The translations under genes and the position numbers were made by a program. Shown here piece by piece: positions 9,337 to 20,100 of a stretch of DNA of 64,000 nucleotides. Numbering within the stretch: the first letter of the stretch is position 1; every line of letters begins with the position of its first letter. The DNA is from an uncultured Clostridia bacterium. Its GTDB lineage: Bacteria; Bacillota; Clostridia; UMGS1883; UMGS1540. The DNA lies in the NCBI GenBank assembly GCA_937966555.1, contig CALCLY010000031.1:1869-65868 (forward strand), given 5' to 3'. The notes under the pieces were generated by a model that worked only from the letters and a program-made list of their open reading frames with translations, made no database searches and was not told where the DNA came from.

Positions 9337-10113
9337 ATGAAAAAAATAATATCTGTATTATTATGCTTAATGTTATGTACAATTACGGCGTTTGCCGAAA
9401 ATAACGAAAAACCCGAGACCGTGGGCGGAAAAATCACCCTTACGCAGTTTTTGGGTGTAAGCCGCGAAGATGCCGAGAACGTGGCAATAACCGTAAACTC
9501 CGAAACAAACTATATTGACAAAAATACGTTTTATGATATAAGCGACAGCTTTATACTCACCTCTTCTTTTGAGCCGAAACAAATGGCAAAAGAAGGAATA
9601 TATATAACAATTAAAAAAACAGACGGAAGTTTTGCATATGCTTTTATTGATTTTAACGGCGGTGTTGACAGATACGGCGCTTTAATGAGCAGAAACCCGT
9701 ACGCACTGTATATGGCTGACGACCTTTCGAAAATAAGCGCAATAACATCACAAGGAAAGCCGCAAATTACCGTAAATGAAAACCTTGATATAAGAGTAAA
9801 CGGGCAAAAAGCCGAATTCACACTCTCTCCGTTTATAACCCAAGAAGGCAGAACACTCGTTCCGGCGCGAGAAATATGCGGATATTTAAATAAAAATATA
9901 ATCTGGCTTGACTCTCCGGCACGAATTTCCGTTTCATCCGGCAGTGACATTCTTGTATGTGCAATCGGTGAAAGTGACTACAGCATTAACGGAAACTTAT
10001 ATGAAACCGATGCGGCGGCACAGCTTATTGACGGACACGCATATATTCCGCTGCGCACCCTTGCTGAGTTTTTAGGGTATAGTATCAGTTTTATTCCTTC
10101 TTCAAATTTATAA
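9337..10113 (+). CDS. Secreted protein with a C-terminal copper-amine-oxidase N-terminal-like domain
   Basis: Signal peptide MKKIISVLLCLMLCTITAFA. C-terminal repeats GRTLVPAREICGYLNKNIIW and GHAYIPLRTLAEFLGYSISF match the Cu_amine_oxidN1 'stalk' domain common in clostridial surface proteins. Confidence 0.7.
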   Translation: MKKIISVLLCLMLCTITAFAENNEKPETVGGKITLTQFLGVSREDAENVAITVNSETNYIDKNTFYDISDSFILTSSFEPKQMAKEGIYITIKKTDGSFAYAFIDFNGGVDRYGALMSRNPYALYMADDLSKISAITSQGKPQITVNENLDIRVNGQKAEFTLSPFITQEGRTLVPAREICGYLNKNIIWLDSPARISVSSGSDILVCAIGESDYSINGNLYETDAAAQLIDGHAYIPLRTLAEFLGYSISFIPSSNL

Positions 10114-10125
10114 ACCATAACATAA

Positions 10126-10155
10126 AATGGGCTGTTTAAACAGCCCATTTTTTTA
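10126..10155. terminator. Bidirectional terminator hairpin ATGGGCTGTTTAAACAGCCCAT + T-run
   Basis: Palindrome GGGCTGTTTAAACAGCCC is flanked by A/T runs between convergent genes (9337-10113 + and 10163-17134 -). The same 18-nt palindrome recurs at 35863-35880. Confidence 0.65.
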
Positions 10156-10162
10156 ATTTTTA

Positions 10163-13100
10163 CTATTTAACAATACCGAGCCAGAGAATCTTTGCTACTT
10201 GTTCTCTCAAAACAAAATTGAGAGGTTTAAGTGTTCCGTCTTCATATCCCGATACTATTTTGTTCTGCGTGAGGAAGCTTACTGCATCCACAGCGTATTC
10301 CGAAACAGAAGCGCCGTCTGAGAACGAAACATTTCCGCTGCCTTTTTCTCCTTCGAAAAATACTCTGTAAACAAGCGTCATAGCATCCTGCCTTGTTATT
10401 TTGTCGGAAAGGTTTGCGGCAATTCCCGTCTGTGTCTTGCTGCCCTGAAGCCAGCCTTTTTTATATGCCGCAGCAGCATAGGGTGCCGCCCATCCGGCAA
10501 TTGAAGACGCGTCCTCAAACATGCTTACATCGCTGTCATCAACATTTTCTCCCATAGCGGCAACAAGAAGCTTTACAAATTCTCCTCTTGTTATTTCGTT
10601 TGAAGGCTTGAAAATTTTAATTCCGTTTTCAATATAGCCGTCTGTAAGTTTTGCAAGTCTTAAGCTTCTTATGTAAAGCGAAGCCCAGTTTCCGTCTATA
10701 TCCGCAAACTCGTCTCCCATGTTCGGGTTTTCTATAACGACATATCTGCCTTCACCGACATAGCCCGCGCTTATCATTTTTCTCTGCGCGTCATAATCTC
10801 CGCCTATATACATCCACTTTCCTATGCTGTCGGCAAAATAGTATACTCCGATATTATCGGTATTTGCATTGTCTTTAACCTCAAGGTCAACAAGCATTGC
10901 AGGTGCTTCCTTAAGCGTTGCCAAAGCGACTACATCGGAACAAATCTTTCCGCCCTGAGGCAAACCTTCAAGATGTGAATTTGTTCCTGTATCCGTTCCG
11001 TGAATTAGATAGTTTTCTTCTTTTATATCACTGCCTTTTGCAAACACCGTATTTCCGCTTTTCTTTGACGTAAAGTCAATACCGGCATACATCTTGCCTG
11101 CGTCAACATCGCTGCCCTCGCCAAGCATTGAAGAAACTTTCTTTATAAGTTCTTTAACTTCCGGAGGAAGTTCCGTTGATACTGCCGATGAGCTGTGTTT
11201 GCCGCCATTGCCCTTACCGCCGCTTTCGGATTGCTCGCCGACTATTCCCGAATCATAAATATCTGTAAGCGTGGTACTTCCTACATTCCATTCCGCACTT
11301 ACGGAGAAGGAATTGTTTCCGTTCGGTATAACAACGGCTCCGCTGTTTCCGCTCTGAACGGTGAGCGCAGCTTCTGACGGGTCTGACACAAGCTTCCACT
11401 TGAGTCTGTCTTTAATAATGTCAATCCCGAGCTCTTTGCCGTTTTCGTCAACACCAACTGCCGTAAGCTCTGTTGCGGTTGTTCCCTCAGGCTTTGTACC
11501 GAGTATTTTAATACCGCTTATTTTAGATACCGCATTGTTTACAACGGTGGCAATATGAGTTGCGCTGTTTCCGTTTACATCTGTTGCAACTATCTTTATT
11601 TCATGCGAATATTTGGGCGCCAAAACTTTAATTGTTCTTTCAAAAGCAAAGTCGGGATTTGCGCCGTTTACGTTTTCAACCACTCCGCCTGCAACTTTTG
11701 TATCATCGAGATATACTTCAACACTCGTTCCTTCGTCTGTAAGGATTTTCACCGGTATTCCGACATTTGGGTCATAAAGCGATCCGTTCTGCGGATAAAG
11801 CACTTTTATGTCTGCCGGGATTGAGTCAACAGAGAATTTGCGTGTTTCAACAGTAACGTCTCCTGCCTTATTTGTAAATACAATATCCACAATATGGTCG
11901 CCGTCCGAAAGATTGAACGCCGCATAGCCGTGACCGCCCGTTGATGAATCGTTTTTCAGCACATCGCCGTACTGTTTTTCGTCAATATCAAATCTTACGC
12001 TTACCTCATCGTTCGGCTCTGCTCCCATGTTTAATATATCATACTCGATAAGTATATTCGAATTTCCTATCTGAGTGTATGATACGTTTCTGTCATCGGT
12101 TTTATTCTTGGCATTGAAAGACGTGATGTTTACGTTTATCTGCGGAGGATTCGGAACAGGAACCATTACATCGGCACTCTGCACCTCGGCACTTCCGTAG
12201 TATCCGCTTCCCTCTTCCGCATTTACGGCTGTTGCTGTAACATAATATGTTTTACCGGGTTCTATAACCGATGTACTTACGGCAGCGCCGCTGCTGTCTA
12301 CCAATGTGCTCTGACCTTTGAAGTAAGTGGAAAGAGTACTCTTTCCTTCTTCCGCCGCAACATATCCGCCTATGCCTTTAAGGCACTCGCTTGTACCGTC
12401 ATCATTTCTTCTGAACACGCGGAAATTAATTCCCGTAGCGTTTTGCGGAACATAGCTTGTTACGTTAATTCTTCCGTCTCCGCCTGCTGTTGCCTGAACG
12501 GCAGGTGCAGCCAGTGTATTCGGATTGTCAAAGTGCATTTTGGCTTTGGAATACACACTTGTGTATACCGAGTCATTCAAAATTGAATCAAGCCTTACAA
12601 TATAGTCTCCGCTCGGAACATTTATTTCAATGTTTTCTCCGGAAGAAGAACCTTTTGCCATTTTTACTATGTATCCTGCATGCTCTGTTGTTGCGGTATT
12701 TCCGTTTTCATCCGTATATTCCGTCATAGCCGGATTTCCGTTTTCATCGCACGGAACAAGCAGAAGAGTTACGTCCGCCTTGTCATCGGCTGTCCATGAT
12801 GTGCTGAGCGTATTGCCCGCAATGCTTGCCGAATCAATTGAAAGTTTGGGCGTTACCGTAGGAATTGAAAGTACGGTATAGTCACTTATTTTTGCACCGT
12901 TTACACTTTCTATTTTCCAGTTGCCGTCCATGAGCATGTTGTTTGAAACATTTACGTATACATACTTTTTAACAGTTCCCGTTTCGGCATCTGTTTTTTC
13001 ACTGAGAAGCATATTGGCTCCTGCAGCATTGTTCTCTTCCTGAGTTTTATCATAATCATATATAACGGTTCCGTATTCCGTACCGTCAGGCTTTGTTACT

Positions 13101-16100
13101 TTAAGCTCGGGCGCTGTGTCACCGTCATAATAAACTCTGTAAACAACATCTTTTCCGGCCATGAGCACCGTATCAACATTATTTTCGAAACTTACAGAAT
13201 TTAAAAGTGTCTGCGGTTTTGCATATGATGAACCGACAGCTCTGTCAACGCTTGTTGCAACAACGCTTGCGCCCTGACCTATACCCATATACTGAATATT
13301 TCCGTTTTCATCCTGTATCTCACGAACCTCAAGGAAACTCATTGTATGCGATGTTGTATCCGAGTTTTCTCCCAAAGCCTCCGTATCAAGGTCTATATCC
13401 TCAAGCTCGTCAACTTCACTTCCCGAAAGCAGTCTGAAATTGCCTTTGTCATAATAATATACAAATCCGCCGCTGAAAATAAATACCTTTATTCCGCCCG
13501 CTATAAACTTATTTGTTATAGCAAGTGTAATGCCTGCGAGTCTTCCGAGTCCCGGAACATTAAGCGAACCGTCAATCTTTCCGAGGAATGCAAATTCCGG
13601 AGTTGTTGTAAACGCCAGTGTTACTCCGCCTTTAACCACTCCCGAGAACAAATCAACCGTGCCCGACAGCCGCATTGTAAACCCTGTTGTCCAATCCATT
13701 TCGGCTTTTGCAATAAACTTTATCTGGTCAAAGTTTGCGGGCGACCCCGTTACGGCAAAGGAAAGTCCGTTTCCTGAGACAGACATATCTCCCTGCAGAT
13801 ACATAACGTTCAATATGTCTATAAGCGCCATAACGCTTACCGTTACGGGCGGTCTTCCTTCTCCCTGATAATTAATGGAGCTTGCCAGATCCGAAATACC
13901 TCCGCCGAGACCGCGTAAATTAAGCGTGCCCGGAACAATCGGAATTACAAATCCTTTTACCTCAAGATATATGCTGTCAAGGCATATCTTACCGTTGTTC
14001 ATTTCGGCAAGGCTCATGCGGAAAGCCGTACTTAAAGGTCCGATGCCGATACCAAGGTCCACGCCGGCATGGAATTCATATGTGTTAAACGAAGCGCCCA
14101 GACTGAACGCCGAAAGTCCGCCCTTGTTCTTGCTTCTTGCATTATCCGCATTCTGATTCTGACCTGCAGCGGTTGTTGCCGCACTGCTTCTTGAAGAAAC
14201 TATCTGAGATGATGTTGGGTTAGCCGCCGCAGCGCCGTTGCTTATCGTGGAATTGTTATTCTGTTTTCCGCCTGCCGGGAACACGGATTTTGGCAATTCC
14301 AGATTAACCGTTGCCGCAACTCCGACAAAGCCGGTTTTTATGTGTGTTGCGTCATTTTTATCCTCATGTTCACCGAAAAGCACGGAATCTATCGAAACAC
14401 CGAGCGAACCGCCGTCTCCGAAAGCTCCTGCTTTTTTTGTGGCGGAATTTCCGTCTTTAAAGACATTTTTCTTGCTTGCGTTATTGTTGTTATTATTGTT
14501 GTTATTGTTGTTATTGTTGTTATTGTTATTATTGCCGCTGTTGTTATTATTGTTGTTTAGATTGTTATTGCGATTATTGTTTTCATTTGAATTTGAAGCG
14601 GTATTCCTGGTTCCCGCAGAAGGTGTTCCCGTTGATGTTCCGGAAGATTCGCCCTGTGAGCCTTCGGACGAACTGTCACCCTTGCTCATGCCGAGCGGGA
14701 ATGAAACCTGACCGCTGAAATCTATCGTATATCTGCCATCCTGACAACCCAAAACACCGTAGTTTAAGTCAAATATGAAACCGCCGAGGTTCTGCAAAAG
14801 CCATCCTCCGCCGAGAAGCTGAAGCTTCGGTGCTTCAACACTGAAGTCATTTGTATCATACGAAAACAGTGCGTCCATGGGAAGTCTTATCATGAACTTA
14901 TGTTTCCATATTGTTGAAGCGCCTATAACGCTGAGATCACCGTCACCTTCAAGCTTCATAACATTAGGCAACCCGTTTGAGCCAAACTCCGCAACCATTC
15001 GAAGCGGAGTGTTTGAATCATAGTAAAGAATCCTGTTTACTTTGATTCCGTCGGAGCCGCCCACGGTTTCAAATCCCAGAAGATCGGGATTATTTTTCTC
15101 TGCACTTGTGCTTATGCAAAATCCTTTTTCTTTATTTGCACTTGCAGCGTCTTTTCCGTCTTTATAAAGAATTTTAAATATGCCTCTTGCCTCCATCAGC
15201 ATTTCGCCGTCTTCGCCGAGAGACTCTTTATATTCCTGAAACTGCTGTTCCACAGACTTTAAGCCGCTTTCACTCATTCCCGTATCAACCGTGAAAAGGC
15301 GCATATCATAATCGCGCTTTTTCGATGTTCTTGCAACAACGGCTATTGAATATCCGCGGTTTTTGTATTTTACGTCATTTGTTGAAGTTATGCGCTGCGA
15401 AGAATCGGAGAATACTATATCCTTCATACCCTCAAGGTTATTCTTGAATTTAATGGTAAGCGTATATTCGCCGAGTCTTCCCTCCATATCAACCAAAAGA
15501 CCGAGCTGCCTGTTTTCGGTGTCAACGGAGCAGCTGAAGCTGTCTATATTTATGACTTCTCCGCTTACAACATCCGTTAAAAACGCTGTCCAGTTTGATT
15601 TGTCCGACAATGCCTTAAAGTTTTGGCCGTAACCCATAACGCTGAAATACGAAGTGCCTTCGTAATATATGGTTGTGGGCTCTATCCCCGTAAACGCGAT
15701 GCTGACTTTTGAATCGCCAAGAGGAGGCATTGTTATAACTTTTGAGCCCACAGTCGGAACGGGAGTTGCGTCACCCGTCAGAGAAAACGTTATTTTCCTT
15801 GTATCTATTGACGTGCGAAGCGTATATCCTTCTTTTGGTTCATAAACAATGTCGGGAGCATCCGCGTCTTTGTTATTCTTATTTTTTTCATATACAGGGC
15901 GCGCTTTAAGCTTAACGGGAATATTTCTCCTGATTTCGCCGCGGTTTATATTTCCTATGCTCAAAACTTCCGATTCTTCCGTTTCGTCCGCCGTCCATAT
16001 TGCCGGCTCCTGTACCATATTAAGCTCGCTGTCCAAAACCTTATCCTGGAAGATCATCTGCAGCTTGCCGTTTATTATGGGACTTGACTCCGCATCGGAA

Positions 16101-17134
16101 TTATCAACCGTAACATACAGTGTTATTTCACCGTCATTTGCATAACCGTCTTTTTTCTCATTTGCTTTCAAAAGCTCTTTCTGAGTAACGGTCATTACAC
16201 AGTGCTCGGGAGAAGACTCCATTCCTCCGAGTTCTCCGACACCGTACATTGTATCAACCGACAGCGTCTCGCCGGCCTCAACCACTTCGGTATCGTATAT
16301 TATGGATACCGCACTGTCCGGATAAAAATACTCGTTATAATAATCGTCAAAATTCATACCCGGGTTCACGGTATAATCCCAAAGTGTATTTGCAAGGTTA
16401 TACCAGTGTGCCATCTGAACCTTATCGGGTGTACGGCGCATAGACTTATGCTGCAAAAGACCGTACGCGGTTGTTGTTGAGAAATTTACACTGTCGGAAA
16501 CGGAATACCATTCGGGTATACTGTCACCTGTAAATTCCGTCTCGCGCGAAATTGCGGTTGTTCCCCCGTTTTTGAAAAACGAACCTGCATCGTTATCCGC
16601 TGTCTTTGTATCAAGCAGAATTCTTATGCCAACCCATACGGCAGAGGAATTTGAATTTGTGTATGAATACTGAATATTTGCATAACCGCCGGATTCGCTT
16701 GCCGTATTTCCGTTTATTATTATATTTTGTGTAACTTCAACACCTTCTACCGCCCATTTTGAAACAATGGCGCGTCTTTCGGAGTCAAGCTGCACAACCT
16801 GCGGAGCTGCGGTAACCTTTCCCGCAGAACTTCCGTAAATATAATCGTGCGTTTCCGCATTAGCCAATCCGGCATTTTTTATGATACGTACTGTTGTATA
16901 TGAAGTTGCAAATTGATCGTCTCCGTCATACAAAAGCGGCTTATCATCGTCAAATCGTTTAGCCGGGATACCCTTTTTTGTATTGATGCCAAAGGAGGAT
17001 CCGTCAGCTTTTGATACAACTTCTATATAGTTGTTGTCAATTTTCAACTCATTATCCGCCAGCGCCGTGCACGGGATAATTCCCGCGCACAGAAGCACTG
17101 CCAGAAGCAAGGATATTATTTTTTTCATGTGCAT
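10163..17134 (-). CDS. Giant cell-surface protein (2323 aa): signal peptide, multiple Ig-like/beta-rich regions, Ser/Gly/Asn low-complexity linker, uncharacterised ~700-aa beta-rich region, three C-terminal SLH domains
   Basis: N-terminus MHMKKIISLLLAVLLCAGIIPCTALA. C-terminal ~190 aa hold three SLH repeats (ITRGEFVKLLVAAMG..., ITRQDAMTLVYRVF..., LREQVAKILWLGIV). RBS AAGGAGGT lies 11 nt after the upstream gene stop, i.e. translational coupling. Confidence 0.85.
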   Translation of the reverse strand: MHMKKIISLLLAVLLCAGIIPCTALADNELKIDNNYIEVVSKADGSSFGINTKKGIPAKRFDDDKPLLYDGDDQFATSYTTVRIIKNAGLANAETHDYIYGSSAGKVTAAPQVVQLDSERRAIVSKWAVEGVEVTQNIIINGNTASESGGYANIQYSYTNSNSSAVWVGIRILLDTKTADNDAGSFFKNGGTTAISRETEFTGDSIPEWYSVSDSVNFSTTTAYGLLQHKSMRRTPDKVQMAHWYNLANTLWDYTVNPGMNFDDYYNEYFYPDSAVSIIYDTEVVEAGETLSVDTMYGVGELGGMESSPEHCVMTVTQKELLKANEKKDGYANDGEITLYVTVDNSDAESSPIINGKLQMIFQDKVLDSELNMVQEPAIWTADETEESEVLSIGNINRGEIRRNIPVKLKARPVYEKNKNNKDADAPDIVYEPKEGYTLRTSIDTRKITFSLTGDATPVPTVGSKVITMPPLGDSKVSIAFTGIEPTTIYYEGTSYFSVMGYGQNFKALSDKSNWTAFLTDVVSGEVINIDSFSCSVDTENRQLGLLVDMEGRLGEYTLTIKFKNNLEGMKDIVFSDSSQRITSTNDVKYKNRGYSIAVVARTSKKRDYDMRLFTVDTGMSESGLKSVEQQFQEYKESLGEDGEMLMEARGIFKILYKDGKDAASANKEKGFCISTSAEKNNPDLLGFETVGGSDGIKVNRILYYDSNTPLRMVAEFGSNGLPNVMKLEGDGDLSVIGASTIWKHKFMIRLPMDALFSYDTNDFSVEAPKLQLLGGGWLLQNLGGFIFDLNYGVLGCQDGRYTIDFSGQVSFPLGMSKGDSSSEGSQGESSGTSTGTPSAGTRNTASNSNENNNRNNNLNNNNNNSGNNNNNNNNNNNNNNNNNNASKKNVFKDGNSATKKAGAFGDGGSLGVSIDSVLFGEHEDKNDATHIKTGFVGVAATVNLELPKSVFPAGGKQNNNSTISNGAAAANPTSSQIVSSRSSAATTAAGQNQNADNARSKNKGGLSAFSLGASFNTYEFHAGVDLGIGIGPLSTAFRMSLAEMNNGKICLDSIYLEVKGFVIPIVPGTLNLRGLGGGISDLASSINYQGEGRPPVTVSVMALIDILNVMYLQGDMSVSGNGLSFAVTGSPANFDQIKFIAKAEMDWTTGFTMRLSGTVDLFSGVVKGGVTLAFTTTPEFAFLGKIDGSLNVPGLGRLAGITLAITNKFIAGGIKVFIFSGGFVYYYDKGNFRLLSGSEVDELEDIDLDTEALGENSDTTSHTMSFLEVREIQDENGNIQYMGIGQGASVVATSVDRAVGSSYAKPQTLLNSVSFENNVDTVLMAGKDVVYRVYYDGDTAPELKVTKPDGTEYGTVIYDYDKTQEENNAAGANMLLSEKTDAETGTVKKYVYVNVSNNMLMDGNWKIESVNGAKISDYTVLSIPTVTPKLSIDSASIAGNTLSTSWTADDKADVTLLLVPCDENGNPAMTEYTDENGNTATTEHAGYIVKMAKGSSSGENIEINVPSGDYIVRLDSILNDSVYTSVYSKAKMHFDNPNTLAAPAVQATAGGDGRINVTSYVPQNATGINFRVFRRNDDGTSECLKGIGGYVAAEEGKSTLSTYFKGQSTLVDSSGAAVSTSVIEPGKTYYVTATAVNAEEGSGYYGSAEVQSADVMVPVPNPPQINVNITSFNAKNKTDDRNVSYTQIGNSNILIEYDILNMGAEPNDEVSVRFDIDEKQYGDVLKNDSSTGGHGYAAFNLSDGDHIVDIVFTNKAGDVTVETRKFSVDSIPADIKVLYPQNGSLYDPNVGIPVKILTDEGTSVEVYLDDTKVAGGVVENVNGANPDFAFERTIKVLAPKYSHEIKIVATDVNGNSATHIATVVNNAVSKISGIKILGTKPEGTTATELTAVGVDENGKELGIDIIKDRLKWKLVSDPSEAALTVQSGNSGAVVIPNGNNSFSVSAEWNVGSTTLTDIYDSGIVGEQSESGGKGNGGKHSSSAVSTELPPEVKELIKKVSSMLGEGSDVDAGKMYAGIDFTSKKSGNTVFAKGSDIKEENYLIHGTDTGTNSHLEGLPQGGKICSDVVALATLKEAPAMLVDLEVKDNANTDNIGVYYFADSIGKWMYIGGDYDAQRKMISAGYVGEGRYVVIENPNMGDEFADIDGNWASLYIRSLRLAKLTDGYIENGIKIFKPSNEITRGEFVKLLVAAMGENVDDSDVSMFEDASSIAGWAAPYAAAAYKKGWLQGSKTQTGIAANLSDKITRQDAMTLVYRVFFEGEKGSGNVSFSDGASVSEYAVDAVSFLTQNKIVSGYEDGTLKPLNFVLREQVAKILWLGIVK
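14473..14585. repeat. Imperfect (GTT/ATT)n trinucleotide microsatellite encoding a poly-Asn tract (NNNNNNSGNNNNNNNNNNNNNNNNN) in the giant SLH protein
   Basis: ~110 nt of gttattgttgttattgtt... on the + strand equals AAC/AAT codons on the - strand. The repeat is in frame, so slippage would change linker length, not reading frame. Confidence 0.6.
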
Positions 17135-17145
17135 TTACCTCCTTC

Positions 17146-20100
17146 TCAGCCTGCAATAAATACATACATTATCTGTGTGTTTCTGTTTTCGGTCTGCATA
17201 AACAGAGTATACATACCGGCTTCTTTCTGTTCAAGCTTAATTTTGGCATTCGGCAGTACAAGCGATTTCATCGAATGTCCTTTAAGCTGTGCTCCGTTGT
17301 AATAACCCTTTACAAAAGCATAAGAAACTTTTTTGCCCGATTTTTCGGCATTTACAAATGTTAAATCAAGCGAATCTGTAATCCAGTAATTTGTCTGCTC
17401 GCCAGGTATCAGAATATTTCCGTTTATTGCCGCAAATACATCGTCCTCACCTATAACCTGAATGTTTCTTGTTATAACCGTTTTATTGCCGGCATTATCC
17501 GTACCCGTTACGGTTACGGCATATCTTCCCGGAACATTTGCGTCAAACGTACCGTAATCTATTTCAGGTGTTTGGCTTACCGCTCCGGACTCCGCGTCAG
17601 AAACCGTCATTTTTTCAAATTCATTCTTATTGAATTCGCCTTTATTCACATAAACATCGCGTGTCCCTTCGTATGTTATCTCAGGAGGCGTAACGTCAAC
17701 ATATTTTACTTCGATATTGTATGTTGCGCTAATACCTGCGTCATTTGTAAGGGCAAACGAATATGTTCCGTTTTCAGTGGGCGTAAAGGTTATTTTGTCG
17801 GATTTTGCGCCGTTCTGAACAATATAAGACCTGATGCCCGATGCTCTCTGTGTTTCGGCAGCTACAGTAATTTCGGGCGGAACATTTGTCCATGATTCGG
17901 GATTTCCGCTGTGCGTAGCCTTCGGCGGCTCTGTGTCAATACACGAAACGCTTGCCGTAAGTGAATTTACATTGCCGGCATCATCCGCAAACTTAATGAG
18001 GTAATTTCCGTTTGATTTAACCGTAATGTATTTTCCGTGTTCGGCGCCCGCAACAGTTATGGTGTCGTTTTCGCCGCCGCTTAAAATATCGCCTGCAGAT
18101 TTTGCGGAAAGAACTATTGTTGCATAGCCGTATGCAGTTTCAAGTGTTCCGCTATCCGTTACAGCCTTGTTAGGTTCAACTGTGTAATCAAGCTCCGGAA
18201 CCGTTTTATCAATATTGTCAACAGACACAGACAACCATTCGGTTTCGTTTCCGCTTGTATCACGGAATTTAAAGAGTGTGATACCGTTATTCTCAAAGCT
18301 GTATGTCACATATGTTGAAAATGCATTTGAATATCCTTTTATAACTGCTCCGTTTTGGTCTGCAACCATATAGTCCGCAAGCTTTGTCAGTGTAATATTA
18401 GCTGTTACATCCGCATTTGTTTTGCGCGTCATATCGGTGCTGTAGGAAATGTACGCCGCAGGAGGTGTTCTGTCTAAATCCTTAACCTCAAGAGAAACCT
18501 CAACCGTATTGCCGACAGCGTCAGCAAATACAAGTTTTGCAAAACCGTTATTTGCAAATTTCAGCGAAGCCGTAAGGTTTTCTCCGCTTCTGTCTATGAA
18601 TACATCGCTTGCGGCAAAATCTTTTCCGCTGCTGTCGCGCCCTGTAACCGATACAAATTTCAGTTCTGAAGCGTTTGTTATGTTATCATTCACGTTAACA
18701 AGCGCCGTAACACTGTCTTTTTCAAGCGGCGTAGCGGAGTTATATATGTAATCCGCATCGGCTTTCGGCGCCTCATTGTCAAACTTGATACCGCTTATCG
18801 TAAGTGTGCTGCGATTGCCCGCTTTTGATGTGTAATCGTAGTGGTATTCGCCGTTATCGGATATTCCGATAATGTCAAGAAGCTTTCCTTCCTTATCATA
18901 TATATATGCTTCTGCTTTTCCTCTGAGGTTTCCTCCGATATACACATAGTTAAATGTGCTGTAAGCATAATCATTCATATCGGCAGTCAAATCAAATTTA
19001 TCAGTTATATCCTCGGTTGCATTCATGATCTTTGCTGTTATCTGAGCAGGTGTTTTATCTATATAATCCACGTTAACCGGAATTTCCTTAACATTTCCCG
19101 CCAAATCGTAAAGCTTAAAAATAACCCAGCCGTTATCATAGAATGTATAATCCGTTTTGCCTTCCATGCGTGTGTACATATCAATACACTCAACTTTAAT
19201 TTCCGATGAAGATGATTTATCATCTTCAATATCGAATATGTTTACCGTAACATCGGTGTTTACAGGCGAACCGTCTGCCGGCTTTTGAGGCGAGTAAATA
19301 ACCTTGCACTCGGGGGCTTCCCTGTCAAAAAAGTCATAAACATATGTCTGCATGCCCTCCGCCTTTTTGTCCGGATCACTTGCGGCTGTCGGGTTAATTA
19401 CCAAAAATTCAAAGCTGCCGTTTTCCGTTACGGTAAGTGTAAACTGTTTGTAAAGCGGCTTTGTACCAGTGTATTCCGCCGGTGCCGTAACTTCTGTACC
19501 CGAAGCTCCTTCGGGCAAATCCGCCAAATAATATTCGTCATATATGCCGCCTGTCGGTACAGTAACGGTTATCTCGGCGCTGTCAGCATTTGTATATTTT
19601 TCAGTAAACTCGCTTCCCATTACATTTATTTTGATATTGTCCTCGGGAATGCTCGGCAATGTAGGATCAATCCATGTAATGTCCACGGGAAGTTCGGTTG
19701 TCCTTCCAAGCTCGTCAAGCAGACTGTAGCGCGCATTTATATTATTTCTGAACTTAAGTATATGATTTGTTGTAAATCCGCTGCCGTCAATGCTCATATA
19801 GCTCTTCATGTATTTCTGCGCTATAAGCTCTGCCGCACTATGTCTTATTGCACAGAGCACACTTGCCGCCGATGGAACTGCGTTTATTTCAGCCAGTGTC
19901 AGTGCATTATCGTACAAATCATTATACGGATTCTCATAAAGCACATAATCTGCAAAGTACGGACGAAGTGCCTCGTTAATTTTATTAAGATCCGCTTCCT
20001 CCTGACCCGCAAACGGCGACTGATAAGCAGTGTCGGTCATTTTGTTCAAAAGCGTTATATCAAAATCGTCACCGAAAAATTCGTAAACTTCACTTTCGGT

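Noticed and set aside
14473-14585. Possible CRISPR array or other spaced repeat at the GTT/ATT repeat
   Set aside because: It is a contiguous trinucleotide microsatellite inside a coding region, not repeat-spacer units. No cas genes in the window.
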